Shown in pieces: positions 9,369-19,416 of a stretch of DNA of 64,000 nt. This stretch comes from Candidatus Aminicenantes bacterium. GTDB lineage: Bacteria > Acidobacteriota > Aminicenantia > Aminicenantales > JAFGBC01. A model generated the notes under the pieces. It was given only the letters and a program-made list of their open reading frames with translations. It was not told the origin of the DNA and ran no database searches. The stretch is from contig OY969696.1 of the NCBI GenBank assembly GCA_963702005.1, forward strand, positions 2,272,001 to 2,336,000. The letters are read 5' to 3'. A program made the position numbers and the translations under genes. Position 1 is the first letter of the stretch. Every line of letters begins with the position of its first letter.

Positions 9369-10364
9369 ATGAAAGACCAGCCGATCAGGCGCATCAAAAT
9401 CTCCGGTTCAGGGTTTTATGTGCCGGACAAAATCCTGACCAACGCCGATCTCGAGAAGATGGTCGAGACGACGGACGAATGGATCGTGACCAGGACCGGG
9501 ATCCGGGAGCGGCATGTCTTGAGCGCCGAGCAAGCGACCTCCGACCTGGGCATCGAGGCGGCCCGCCGGGCGCTCAAGAGCGCCCATCTCGATATCAAGG
9601 ACATCGACCTCATCCTGGTCGCGACCAATACACCCGACATGGCATTCCCCGCAACAGCTTGCTGGATTCAGAAGGGACTTAAGGGCCCTCACGTCCCCGC
9701 TTTCGACCTCCAGGCGGGCTGCACCGGCTTTCTCTACGGAATGATCGTAGCCGAGAGCCTGATCCTGAGCGGCCACATGAAGAGGATTCTCCTCGTCGGC
9801 GCTGAAGCCCTGACGCGAATAACGAATTGGGAGGACCGATCGACCTGCATCCTGTTCGGGGACGGGGCGGGCGCTTTCATCCTTGAGGAGAGCAAGGACG
9901 AGTCGGGGATGTTGTCCCATTTCTGGGGGGCGGACGGGAACTTGGGCGATCTGCTAAGCATGCCGGGAGGCGGGAGCCGAAACCCGGCCTCCGCCGAGAC
10001 CGTGGCCAATAAGCTCCATTACCTCCAGATGAAGGGGAACGAAGTTTTCAAACATGCCGTCAAGCGGATGGGGGATGCCGCCGACCAGGCCCTTAAGCGG
10101 GCCGGCCTCAAGAAGGAGGATATCGCCTACCTCATCCCCCATCAGGCCAATATCCGCATCATCGACGCGATGGGCGAGCGGGCCGGCGTCCCCAAGGACA
10201 AGGTCTACGCTAACATCGACCGCTACGGCAACATCTCGGTCGCGACGATCCCGGGTTGCGTCCAGGAGCTCAAGGACGAAGGGAAGCTCAAGAAGGGGGA
10301 TATCCTCGTCCTCGACGCCTTCGGAGCCGGGTTCACCTGGGCGGCCGTCGTCTATTGCTGGTAA
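9369..10364 (+). CDS. fabH: 3-oxoacyl-ACP synthase III
   Basis: TRTGIRERH, AGCTGF (Cys), LFGDGAGA, PHQANIRII, YGNIS, AFGAGFTW. Confidence 0.95.
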   Translation: MKDQPIRRIKISGSGFYVPDKILTNADLEKMVETTDEWIVTRTGIRERHVLSAEQATSDLGIEAARRALKSAHLDIKDIDLILVATNTPDMAFPATACWIQKGLKGPHVPAFDLQAGCTGFLYGMIVAESLILSGHMKRILLVGAEALTRITNWEDRSTCILFGDGAGAFILEESKDESGMLSHFWGADGNLGDLLSMPGGGSRNPASAETVANKLHYLQMKGNEVFKHAVKRMGDAADQALKRAGLKKEDIAYLIPHQANIRIIDAMGERAGVPKDKVYANIDRYGNISVATIPGCVQELKDEGKLKKGDILVLDAFGAGFTWAAVVYCW

Positions 10365-10366
10365 TA

Positions 10367-10447
10367 AATAATTCTGGGGACACACGACTTAATTCAGAAA
10401 ATAAATTAGGTATACTCGGAATTAAGTCGTGTGTCCCCAGAATTATT
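10367..10447. repeat. Family A inverted-repeat element, perfect 29-bp arms, 23-nt spacer
   Basis: AATAATTCTGGGGACACACGACTTAATTC (10367-10395) and its exact reverse complement (10419-10447), between convergent genes. Confidence 0.97.
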
Positions 10448-10454
10448 CCCGAAG

Positions 10455-10961
10455 CTACTCTTCGAGGAGGGGCGTTACGACCTTGACCAGGACGTCCTTC
10501 TCCATCAGGCCGACATGCCGGTGGCGGATGATGCCCTTCTTGTCGATGATGATCGTGGCCGGGATGTACTGGCCGGGCCGATAGGCTTGGGCGATCTCCT
10601 GGGTCCCGAAGGCCACGGTGTAGTTCATTTTCATCTCCCGGGCGAAATCCCCGAGGTCGGTCTCGGGAATGTCCTCCATGGTGACGCCGATGATCTCGAG
10701 CCCTCGGCCGCTCAGCTCGTCATAGACATCGACGAAATCGGGGATTTCGGCACGGCAGGGCGGGCACCAGGTCGCCCAGAAATTGAGGACGAGGACCTTG
10801 CCTTCGTAATCGGCCAAGGTGACCGTCCGTCCCTGAAGATCCTTGAGCGAGAAGTCCGGGGCGGCCACGTTGGTCTGGGAGCTTCCGGCCCCGGCGCAAG
10901 CCGCGGCTAAGAACAGCAAAACGGTTACCATACCGATCGTCGTTTTCAAAGCAGTCTCCAC
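10455..10961 (-). CDS. TlpA/ResA-family thiol-disulfide oxidoreductase
   Basis: APDFSL, NFWATWCPPCRAEIP; N-terminal signal/lipoprotein-like segment. Confidence 0.92.
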   Translation of the reverse strand: METALKTTIGMVTVLLFLAAACAGAGSSQTNVAAPDFSLKDLQGRTVTLADYEGKVLVLNFWATWCPPCRAEIPDFVDVYDELSGRGLEIIGVTMEDIPETDLGDFAREMKMNYTVAFGTQEIAQAYRPGQYIPATIIIDKKGIIRHRHVGLMEKDVLVKVVTPLLEE

Positions 10962-11012
10962 GCGGTTAAATTCTTAGTAAAATCATAGTGATTATAGAAT
11001 AAATCAAACTCA

Positions 11013-11258
11013 GGGTCAAACCTGCACTTTATCATTGTGTAGGTTTGACCGAAAAAAAGGTGACAGACATCTATTTACCCAATTTTTCTTTGGTTTAAAT
11101 TCCAGACAACAATTTCTTTATTAGCTGAGCTAATCAGCGTTGATAGCTTCGGATTTAATCTCGGCTTCCCGGCGCCAGGAAATTAGGGAAATAGATGTCT
11201 GTCATTAATTGAATGCCATATTATCGGAATAAGTGACAAAGTGTAGGTTTGACCCCGA
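11013..11258. repeat. Family C inverted-repeat arms enclosing a family B element
   Basis: GGGTCAAACCTGCACTTTATCA 11013-11034; GTGTAGGTTTGACC 11037-11050; AAGTGACAAAGTGTAGGTTTGACCCCGA 11231-11258. Confidence 0.85.
11059..11204. mobile_element. Family B MITE-like element, copy 1
   Basis: GGTGACAGACATCTATTTACCCAATT 11059-11084 and inverted AATTAGGGAAATAGATGTCTGTCA 11181-11204; AT-rich interior. Confidence 0.8.
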
Positions 11259-11262
11259 TTTA

Positions 11263-11928
11263 TTAATTAGGGGCGAGCATGCCGTCGAAGAGATGAATGG
11301 TCCGCTGGGAATGGGCGGCGATCCGGTCGTCGTGGCTGACCATGACGATGGTCCGGCCCTCTTTCCAGAGCCGGCTCAGAAGCGCCATGATCTCCTCGCC
11401 GCTTTTCGAGTCGAGGTTGCCGGTCGGCTCGTCGGCCAGAATCAAAGGCGGGTCGTTGGCCAGGGCCCGGGCCAGGGCGATCCTCTGCTGCTGCCCTCCC
11501 GAGAGCTCGGACGGCCGGTGCTCCCTCCAGTCCAGGAGCCCGACCGCGTTTAGAAGCTCGGCGACCCGCTCCCGCCGTTGTTTTCCTTTCTTCCCGTTGA
11601 ATAGGAGCGGCAGCTCGACGTTCTCCCAGGCCGTCGCATAGGGTAGGAGATTGAAGTTCTGGAAGACGAAGCCGATCGTCTTGTTCCGGATCGAAGCCAG
11701 CTGGTCGAGGCTGAGGCCGGCGACGTTCCGTCCCTCCAGGACATACTCCCCCTCGGTCGGCGTGTCCAGGCAGCCGATGATGTTCATCAATGTTGATTTT
11801 CCGGAGCCCGACGGCCCCATGATCGATACGAATTCTCCTCGGCCGATCTCGAGCGTCAGGTCGTGCAGCGCCTCGAGGGACTGGCTTCCGGTCCGATAGA
11901 CTTTCTTGATACGTCGGAATTCGATCAT
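11263..11928 (-). CDS. ABC transporter ATP-binding protein (MacB/LolD-like)
   Basis: [35 protein letters not shown]. Confidence 0.93.
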   Translation of the reverse strand: MIEFRRIKKVYRTGSQSLEALHDLTLEIGRGEFVSIMGPSGSGKSTLMNIIGCLDTPTEGEYVLEGRNVAGLSLDQLASIRNKTIGFVFQNFNLLPYATAWENVELPLLFNGKKGKQRRERVAELLNAVGLLDWREHRPSELSGGQQQRIALARALANDPPLILADEPTGNLDSKSGEEIMALLSRLWKEGRTIVMVSHDDRIAAHSQRTIHLFDGMLAPN

Positions 11929-11941
11929 GGCCGCACCTCTT

Positions 11942-13192
11942 TTATTCATAGCGGAGGGACTCGATCGGGTTGAGCCGTGAGGCCCGGAGGGCCGGGAAGA
12001 TGCCCGACAGGAAGACGGGGACGCCGACGACGACCAGGAAGATGACCAGAATCTGCACAGAGAATACGGGACGCAGCAGATAGCCGCCCAGGTCGAAGCT
12101 GTCGTAGTTGACCGGGATGCGCCTGACGAGATGGATGATGTTGAAGGCCGTCACGAAGCCCCAGAAGGTCCCCTTGGCGAAAATAAACAGCGTCTCCAGG
12201 ACGATCTGGAGGATAATGACCCGGCGCTTGGCGCCCAGGGCCATCTTGATCCCGATCTCCTGGGTCCGCTCCTTGACGACGGCGTACATGAGGTTGGTGA
12301 CGCCCACGGCGCCGATAAGCAGAGTCAGGGCCCCCATGATCCCCAGGAAGATTTCGATCCCCTTGAAGATGGCCAGGGAGTCCTTGGAATTCTCGATCGT
12401 GTTCCAGATGCCCAGCGCGTAGCGGTCGTCGCTCGCGAAGCGGTACTTGCGTCCGAGGAGGGTCCGAACCCTCTCCTCGATGAGCAGGGAGTAGCGCGGC
12501 TCCTTGGGCCGGATATGGATGCGATCCAGGTAGGGCTGACTGTCGATCTGGCCGAAAGAGGAGAAGGGGAGATAAACCTGATCGGCGTCGGGCCCGTTGT
12601 ACATCGAATCTTGGAGCTTCTTTTGCAGGACCCCGATGACGGTGAAGGGGACCCGGTTGACGACGATCGACTGTCCGATCGGATCCTCGGCCCCGAAGAG
12701 GTCCTTGGCGACGCTCCAGCCGATGAAGGCAACCTTTCGGGCGTCGCGGACGTCGTCCGGGTTGATGAAGCGCCCCCCCGGCCGGGGGATCTGGGTCCGC
12801 ATCTGGGCGAATTCGGCCGTCGTCCCATGGACGGTGCGGTTGATCTCCTTGCGCTTCGCCGAGACCGCCCAGTTGTTGTATGATTCGGGCGCGATGATGT
12901 CGATCTCGGGGATACGCGCTTTGAGATAGTCGATGTCGGCCGTATAGACATAGACGCGTCGCCCCTTGGGCAGCCCCTGGTAGGTCCGGGAGGTCTGTCC
13001 GCCGCTGATCATGATCAGGTCCTGGCCCAGCCCGCTGAAGCTGATCCTGAACTGTTCGGTCATGCCCCGTCCGAAGCCGAGGAAGATGATGATGGACATC
13101 GTTCCCCAGAATAGGGCGAAGGTGATTAGGGCGGCCTTCTTACGGCGCTTGCGGTATTCGCTCAAGAAAAAACGGAGGAGCGTCAGATTCAT
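11942..13192 (-). CDS. ABC transporter permease (MacB/FtsX family)
   Basis: VKERTQEIGIKMALGA, PALRASRLNPIESLRYE. Confidence 0.9.
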   Translation of the reverse strand: MNLTLLRFFLSEYRKRRKKAALITFALFWGTMSIIIFLGFGRGMTEQFRISFSGLGQDLIMISGGQTSRTYQGLPKGRRVYVYTADIDYLKARIPEIDIIAPESYNNWAVSAKRKEINRTVHGTTAEFAQMRTQIPRPGGRFINPDDVRDARKVAFIGWSVAKDLFGAEDPIGQSIVVNRVPFTVIGVLQKKLQDSMYNGPDADQVYLPFSSFGQIDSQPYLDRIHIRPKEPRYSLLIEERVRTLLGRKYRFASDDRYALGIWNTIENSKDSLAIFKGIEIFLGIMGALTLLIGAVGVTNLMYAVVKERTQEIGIKMALGAKRRVIILQIVLETLFIFAKGTFWGFVTAFNIIHLVRRIPVNYDSFDLGGYLLRPVFSVQILVIFLVVVGVPVFLSGIFPALRASRLNPIESLRYE

Positions 13193-13193
13193 A

Positions 13194-14429
13194 TCATTTT
13201 CTCAGGGCGGCGATCGGATTGGTCGAGGCGGCCCGCCGGGCCGGGATGAGGCCGGAGATGGTCCCGATTCCGAGCAGGATGAGAATGGTCGAGATGACGA
13301 CCACGGGGCTGAGGCTGGGGGTGCCCACGAATTCGATAAAATCTTTGGCCGGCAGGGATTGGACAAGCCGGATGACGAAGGTCGACAGGGCGAATCCGAT
13401 GAAGCCGCCCAGGAGCATGATGGCCAGGGACTCGCTGAAGAACTGGGCCAGGATGGTCCGGCGGCGGGCCCCCACGGCCAGCTTGATGCCGATCTCGCGC
13501 GTCCGCTCCTCGACGACGACCATCATGATCGAGGCGACGCCCACTCCTCCGACAAGCAGCGTGAAAGACCCCAAAACGCCCAGGAAGATGTTGAAGGCCA
13601 GGAAGAAGACCGTGAACATCTTCTCGTTCTCCAGGGTGTCCCAGACGGCGATGGCATCGGTGTCCTTGGGGTCGAAGCCGATGAGCTTGGAGAAATGCTG
13701 CTTGATGTCCTGGGTCACGGCCGTGCTCCGCCCCAGGTCCAGCGGGCGGTAGATGATGTTCGAGACGTATTTCTGGCCGTAGAGGGCGGAGAATGTCGTC
13801 CAGGGTATGAAGGCGCAGCGCTCGTCGCGCCCTCCATTATAGTTCGAGTTTTGATTCTTCTTAGCCATGACGCCGACGACGGTGAACGGGACGCCTTCGA
13901 TCAGGATCTGGTGCCCCAGCGGATCGTCGTCGAAAAATAGGTCCTTGGCCAGGACGTCTCCGATGAAACAAACCCGCCTTCGCTCCTCCATATCCGGCGT
14001 GTTGATGAAGCGTCCCCGTCCTGCGATCGTGTTGCGCATCCTTTCGAACGAGGGGTTGACGCCGCGGACGGTGCTCAGGAATTCCTGCCGCCCGTAGCGG
14101 ATGCGCTGGCCCTGGACGAACTCGGGGCTGAGGAGCTCGATGCCCGGCACTTTCCGGACAAGGTCCTCCGCCTGTTCCGGTGTCACCCGGACGGGTTTTC
14201 CCTTCTGGAGCCCCTGGTAGGGCAGGGTGGTTCTCGAGGGGAAAAGGAGAACGATCCCGACACCCATGCCGTGGAAGCGCTTGCGTTGGGCCTGGCCCAC
14301 CGACTCGCCGAAGGCGACCATGAGGACGACTGAAAAGGTTCCCCAGACGACGCCGGAGAGCGTCAAGACGGTCCTCAGCGGTTGGCGAACCAGGTCGCGG
14401 GCCAGGTTTCGGAAAAATGTTGCGATCAC
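13194..14429 (-). CDS. ABC transporter permease (MacB/FtsX family)
   Basis: VEERTREIGIKLAVGA, PARRAASTNPIAALRK. Confidence 0.9.
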   Translation of the reverse strand: MIATFFRNLARDLVRQPLRTVLTLSGVVWGTFSVVLMVAFGESVGQAQRKRFHGMGVGIVLLFPSRTTLPYQGLQKGKPVRVTPEQAEDLVRKVPGIELLSPEFVQGQRIRYGRQEFLSTVRGVNPSFERMRNTIAGRGRFINTPDMEERRRVCFIGDVLAKDLFFDDDPLGHQILIEGVPFTVVGVMAKKNQNSNYNGGRDERCAFIPWTTFSALYGQKYVSNIIYRPLDLGRSTAVTQDIKQHFSKLIGFDPKDTDAIAVWDTLENEKMFTVFFLAFNIFLGVLGSFTLLVGGVGVASIMMVVVEERTREIGIKLAVGARRRTILAQFFSESLAIMLLGGFIGFALSTFVIRLVQSLPAKDFIEFVGTPSLSPVVVISTILILLGIGTISGLIPARRAASTNPIAALRK

Positions 14430-15505
14430 TTAATCTCCCGGGGCGGCCGTTCCACGACCGCTTCGCCTTCGGCCAGCCCGCTTTGGATCTCGACGCTAAG
14501 CCCGTCCGAAAGGCCGGTCTGGACTTCCTTCTTTTCGACGGCCTCGCCCTTCCGGATCTCGACGTACTTCTTTCCGTTCTCGAACAAGACGAGGCGCTCG
14601 GGCAGGGTTAGGATGTCCTTTCGCTCCCGGACGGTTATCGTGGCCGTGGCCGAATAGCCGGCCCGGAGTTGCTGTCCGCCCGCGTCGACGACCAGGATCT
14701 CGATGTCGAACAGGGTCGCGTTGCCGTCTTTCTTGGCCTTGGGGAAGATCCGCTCGACGCGGCCCGTGATCTTGCTGTCGGGCAGGGCCCCGATCTGGAT
14801 GTCCGCTTCGGTGCCGATTATGATCTTACCCACGTCGATCTCGTCGACCGTCCCCTTGAAAAGGAGATAACCCATGTCGGCCAGCGAGCACATCTCGGTC
14901 CCGGGCTGATAATTGGTCAGCGGGACGATCGGATCGCCCTCGAAGACGCTCTGGGAGAGGACCATACCCTTGATGGGCGATTTGACGATCGAGTCGATTT
15001 CGCGGTTGGACATCCGGATGCGACCCTTCTCCATGAGTTCGAAGCGCTCCATGGCGATCTTGTGCCTCAGGTTCGCTTCGTTGAAGGCCGAGTCGATGGC
15101 GTCCATCTCGGCCTGGGAGACCAGGGCGCCCCGGAAGAGCTGAAGTGTCCGTTCCCGGTCGGTCTGGAGCTTGTCGAGCGTGACCTGGGCGACCTCGATA
15201 TTTCGCCGGGCATCGACGTATTCGACCGGCGTCGGGTTGGGCGAGATCTTGAAGAGGGGGCTGCCGGGCTTGACCGGGTCGCCGACCTTGAACATGACCG
15301 CGGCCACAATACCGGGGATAGTCGATTTGACCTTGATCTCCTTATCCGGCTCGATCGTGCCCACGGCCAGGGCTTTTTCGCTGATCGTGCCCCGGACGAC
15401 TTTAACCTCGTTCAGGGTCGCCTTAGCCTTACGGCCTGACAAGAGGAGATAGATAAAGACGCCGACGAAAGCGACGGCCAGGATTCTCCACAGCCATTTT
15501 TTCAT
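14426..15505 (-). CDS. Efflux periplasmic adaptor subunit (MacA/HlyD family)
   Basis: N-terminal TM, lipoyl halves, helical hairpin, VQTGLSDGLSVEIQSGLAEGE. Confidence 0.9.
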   Translation of the reverse strand: MKKWLWRILAVAFVGVFIYLLLSGRKAKATLNEVKVVRGTISEKALAVGTIEPDKEIKVKSTIPGIVAAVMFKVGDPVKPGSPLFKISPNPTPVEYVDARRNIEVAQVTLDKLQTDRERTLQLFRGALVSQAEMDAIDSAFNEANLRHKIAMERFELMEKGRIRMSNREIDSIVKSPIKGMVLSQSVFEGDPIVPLTNYQPGTEMCSLADMGYLLFKGTVDEIDVGKIIIGTEADIQIGALPDSKITGRVERIFPKAKKDGNATLFDIEILVVDAGGQQLRAGYSATATITVRERKDILTLPERLVLFENGKKYVEIRKGEAVEKKEVQTGLSDGLSVEIQSGLAEGEAVVERPPREIK

Positions 15506-15558
15506 GCTACACCTCTATTAGGGCTCTTGTGTATAGACGTAAGCCGGCCGCAAAAGGT

Positions 15559-15586
15559 TCGGGGTCAAACCTACACTTTGTCACTT
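15559..15586. repeat. Family C arm
   Basis: TCGGGGTCAAACCTACACTTTGTCACTT is the exact reverse complement of 11231-11258. Confidence 0.9.
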
Positions 15587-15657
15587 TTTCCAATTATCAG
15601 GCGGCCGCGCGGCTTGACAGATCTCTTCGTCCTGATTTACCATCTGCCGCGAGAGAA

Positions 15658-15726
15658 AATAATTCTGGGGACACACGACTTAATTCACAGGCGCGCGGAA
15701 TTAAGTCGTGTGTCCCCAGAATTATT
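15658..15726. repeat. Family A inverted-repeat element, perfect 29-bp arms, 11-nt spacer
   Basis: Arms 15658-15686 and 15698-15726 identical to the 10367 copy; spacer ACAGGCGCGCG. Confidence 0.97.
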
Positions 15727-15754
15727 GCGCAGGACATGGACGGGGAGTGAAAGC

Positions 15755-16666
15755 ATGACAGCCGCCGGTCTCGCCCGCTGTTTCGTCGTTTCATTATCCG
15801 TTCTCTCGCTTTTCCCCGCCGGAGGAGCCGTGACCGATTTTGGACAATCCATACCCAAGACGTTAGGGGCCTGGGAGGCCCGCGAGGCGGACCGGGTCTA
15901 CGACCGGAAGACCATCTTCGACTACATGGACGGCGGCGCCGAGGTCTTTCTCGCTTTCGATTTCCGCGAAGTCTGGACCCGCCGCTACGCCGGGCTTGAC
16001 GGCCGCGACCTGACCCTGGACATCTACGATATGGGCTCCCCGGCCGAAGCCTTCGGGATTTTCTCGTGCGACCGGGAGGACCCGGACGCCGGGATCGGAC
16101 AGGAGTCTGAATACGGCTTCGGCCTTCTCCGTTATTGGCAGGGCCGCTTCTTTGTGACCGTGACCGCCTCCGGCGAGGATGAAGAGTCACGTAAAGCCGT
16201 CCTGGATGTCGGCAGGGCCGCGGTCGGCCGGCTCGGCCCGCCCGGCCCCAAGCCCGATTTGGTCGATACTCTGCCGGCCGCATCGCTTCTCGCGGACCGG
16301 ACGAGCTTTTTCCACTCGAACGTCAACCTCAATAACCGCTATTTCGTGGCCAGCGATAACATCCTCAACCTCGACCGCTCCACGGACTGCGTCTTCGCCG
16401 AGTACGAGGCGGCCGCTGGAGAGGCGGGCCGCATCCTCGTCGTCCGCTATCCCGACTCCGCCAAGGCCGAAGCCGCGCGCCGGTCATTCCTAGCCGCCTA
16501 TCTCCCCGAGGCCGGCCCCGACGGCCTCGCCCGGACGGAGAACAAGAAATGGGTGCTCGCCCTCCGGAAGGAGTCTGTCCTCATCGTCGTCTTCGAAGCC
16601 CCGGACCCGGATTGGGCCCGGGCGCTGGCGTCATCCGTCTCCTCCGCCAAATCTCCCTCGAGGTGA
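15755..16666 (+). CDS. Exported hypothetical protein (DUF6599-like)
   Basis: Signal peptide after ATG 15755; IFDYMDGGAEVFLAFDF, DIYDMGSPAEAFGIFS; the longer ORF-track start runs through the repeat. Confidence 0.65.
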   Translation: MTAAGLARCFVVSLSVLSLFPAGGAVTDFGQSIPKTLGAWEAREADRVYDRKTIFDYMDGGAEVFLAFDFREVWTRRYAGLDGRDLTLDIYDMGSPAEAFGIFSCDREDPDAGIGQESEYGFGLLRYWQGRFFVTVTASGEDEESRKAVLDVGRAAVGRLGPPGPKPDLVDTLPAASLLADRTSFFHSNVNLNNRYFVASDNILNLDRSTDCVFAEYEAAAGEAGRILVVRYPDSAKAEAARRSFLAAYLPEAGPDGLARTENKKWVLALRKESVLIVVFEAPDPDWARALASSVSSAKSPSR

Positions 16667-16673
16667 AAACGCC

Positions 16674-17551
16674 ATGACCCCCATCATTACCCGACGCGAT
16701 TTCCTCAAGGGGACGACGGCCGTCGTCCTCGGAGCCCATCTGGCGCGGGCTCAAGAGCCGGCCGCCGCCAAAAAAACGAGGGTCGTCTTAATCCGGCATG
16801 CCGACGTCCTGGACGAAAACTCAGCCATCAACCCGGATATCCTCCAGGGCATGCTCGACCAGGCCGTCATGAGGCTCCTCGATGAAAGCGATCCCGTTAA
16901 AGCCTTCGGCAGGCTCGTCAAATCCGGCGAGACGGTGGGCATCAAGACCAACGTCTGGTCTTACCTCCCGACCCCCAAGGAGCTCGAGGCGGCCGTCAAA
17001 AGGCGCCTGATGGACGCTGGCATCGCCGAGGACAAGATCGGGCTCGATGATCATACGGTACGAACCAACCCGCTGTTCGTAAACGCGACCTCCCTGATCA
17101 ACGTCAGGCCGCTCCGGACCCATTACCTGGCCGGTATGTCGGGAACCATCAAGAACTACATCATGTTCGCGGAATCCCAGGAGGCTCTCCACCCGACAGC
17201 TGCGCCGACTTGGGGTCGTTATTCAAGCTCCCGATCGTCCAGGGCAAGACGCGGCTCAACATCCTGTGCGTCCTGACGCCGCAGTTCCACGGCCGCGGGC
17301 CCCATCACTTCAGCCGGCGCTACGTCTGGGCTTACAAGGGCCTGATCGTCGGGCAGGATCCCGTCGCCGTCGACACGATCGGGCTCCGCCTGATCATGGC
17401 CAAGCGCCGCGAGGTCCTGGGCAAGGCCCAGGAGCTGCCGCCGGTGCCCAAGCACATCCAGCTCGCCGACACCCGCCACGGCATCGGAACAAGCGATATC
17501 GACGCCATCGAGCTCATCAAGCTCGGCTGGGACGAGAACATCCTGGTTTGA
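16674..17551 (+). pseudogene. Tat-exported DUF362-like protein with a single-base frameshift near 17192-17194
   Basis: TRRDFLK Tat motif, VGIKTN, DPVAVD; adding one C gives continuous HPDSCADLGSLF; may be a sequencing error. Confidence 0.7.
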
Positions 17552-17580
17552 ACGGCCTCCGGAGGCCTGGAGGACGGACC

Positions 17581-19416
17581 ATGAACTCAGCAAGGACGAT
17601 CGTGATTCTTTTCCTGATCGCGGCCGGGATTTGCCTGCCGCTACGGACCGGAGCCAAGGACGGGAATCCGCGGCTCCTCGGCTCCATCCTGTGGTCCAAG
17701 GCCTACGATGTCGTTGTCGACGGCCGATACGCTTATGGATCCTTCCTCAACGGCCTGGTCGTCCTGGACCTTTTCGACCGACGCTCTCCCGTGGCGGTTT
17801 CACAGCTCTATTTGGGGGGCGGCTACGACATCGAGAAAAAGGGCGGCCTCGTCTATATCGCCGCCGGGCGCGAGGGATTGAAGATCGTAGACGTCTCCAA
17901 TCCCGCCGGGCCGGTTGTCAAGGGCGGAGCGGCCACGTCCGCTCCGGCCAAGGCGGTCGCGGTCGGCGAACGGCACGCCTTCGTCGCGGCCGGAGCGGCA
18001 GGGCTCCAGGTCTTCGACATCGGAAATCCCGGCTCGCCCAAGGCCGTGGCTTCGCTCGACACTCAGGGCGCATCGGAAGGGGTGACCCTGTCGGGAACCA
18101 CGCTGTTTCTATCAGACGGCGACGCCGGGCTCCGGATCATTGATGTCCGGGATCCGGCCGCGCCGAAGATAATCGGCTCTTTCGATACGCCGGGGACGGC
18201 CCGGCAGACGGCCGTCTCGGGCCGGCATGCGTTCGTGGCCGACGGGGCGGCGGGCTTGACCGTCGTCGATATCTCCCGTCCCGAAGTTCCCAAACAGGCC
18301 GGTTCGCTGATGACGTCGAGCTACGCCAACAGCATCGCCCTGGCGGAGGGCGGGATCGCCTGCGTTGGAACCCTCTACGACGGCGGCTTTCAGGTCCTGG
18401 ACATCGGCAAACCGGAGGCGCCCGTCTCGCTGGCCATCGTCAAGTATACGATGTACAACGAAGCCTGGGGGGTGACCGTCTTGGGGACGACGGCCTTCGT
18501 CGTCGACTATTTCTCCGGGATCAATCTAGTGGATATCTCCGATCCGCGCAAGCCGCTTGTAGTCGGGCGCTTTGCGACCCCCAGTTCCATCATCGCCGCC
18601 GCCGTCGAGGACCACACCCTCTACGCGATCGGGGAGCTTTCCGGCCTTCAGGTTTACGACATCGCAGATCCCGCGGCGCCCCGTTTCGTCGGTGCCTCGG
18701 CTATCTCGCGCGGGATCCAGGGGCTGACGGTTCAAGGTTCATTCGCCTATGAGACGGAGAGGCGCGTCCTCAACATCCTGGACGTGTCCGATCCCAAGGC
18801 CATCAAGATCGTGAAGTCCCTTCCGCTTCCGGGCGTTCCCCGGGCCGTGGTGGTCCGGGACCGCTACGCTTTTGTGACGTCCGATCATTCGGGATTTCAC
18901 ATCGTGGACGTCTCGGACCCCCGGTCGCCCAAGGTCGTCGGATCGCTCGAGATGCCCGGGTTCGCCTACGGCCTGACGGTCGTCGGAGACAGAGCCTATC
19001 TCTGCAGCAGCGACACGGGATTCCACGTGCTTGATATCGCCGATCCGATGAAGCCGGCGCTCTTGGGATCGTTCCGTACGCCCGGCGAGCCCTATGCCGC
19101 GGCGGTCAAGGACGGAGTCGCGTTTGTCGCCGACGGCCCCGAGGGACTCCTCGCGCTGGACGTTTCCGATCCGAAGGCCATCAAGTCGATCGGGAGCGCT
19201 TCCTTCGAGGGATTCGCCAACGGCATCGCCGTCGCGGGGACGACCGCCTACGTTTCGGACGAAAGCTTCGGCCTCCGGGCGTTCGATATCGGCAACCCGG
19301 CGGCGCCCAAGCTCGTCGGCGGCACCAAGACGCCGGGCGAGCCCGCGACCGTCCGCATCGCCGACGGCCTCATCATCCTCCCTGACTCCTTCTCTTTATT
19401 TCTTTTTAAATGGTGA
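17581..19416 (+). CDS. LVIVD-repeat secreted beta-propeller protein
   Basis: Many AFVADGxxGL(x)VVDISxP repeats; signal peptide; RBS GGAGG; stop TGA lies in a family B arm. Confidence 0.88.
   Translation: MNSARTIVILFLIAAGICLPLRTGAKDGNPRLLGSILWSKAYDVVVDGRYAYGSFLNGLVVLDLFDRRSPVAVSQLYLGGGYDIEKKGGLVYIAAGREGLKIVDVSNPAGPVVKGGAATSAPAKAVAVGERHAFVAAGAAGLQVFDIGNPGSPKAVASLDTQGASEGVTLSGTTLFLSDGDAGLRIIDVRDPAAPKIIGSFDTPGTARQTAVSGRHAFVADGAAGLTVVDISRPEVPKQAGSLMTSSYANSIALAEGGIACVGTLYDGGFQVLDIGKPEAPVSLAIVKYTMYNEAWGVTVLGTTAFVVDYFSGINLVDISDPRKPLVVGRFATPSSIIAAAVEDHTLYAIGELSGLQVYDIADPAAPRFVGASAISRGIQGLTVQGSFAYETERRVLNILDVSDPKAIKIVKSLPLPGVPRAVVVRDRYAFVTSDHSGFHIVDVSDPRSPKVVGSLEMPGFAYGLTVVGDRAYLCSSDTGFHVLDIADPMKPALLGSFRTPGEPYAAAVKDGVAFVADGPEGLLALDVSDPKAIKSIGSASFEGFANGIAVAGTTAYVSDESFGLRAFDIGNPAAPKLVGGTKTPGEPATVRIADGLIILPDSFSLFLFKW

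Noticed and set aside
15527-15754. N-terminal ORF extensions with recurring peptides ELSRVSPEL, IKSCVPRII, NNSGDTRLN, MCPQNY (also near 22589, 53197-54417, 55188)
   Set aside because: These are translations of family A arms; better starts with RBS lie downstream
17266-17580. Longer start for the LVIVD protein
   Set aside because: Overlaps the DUF362 C-terminal frame; RBS and signal peptide begin at 17581
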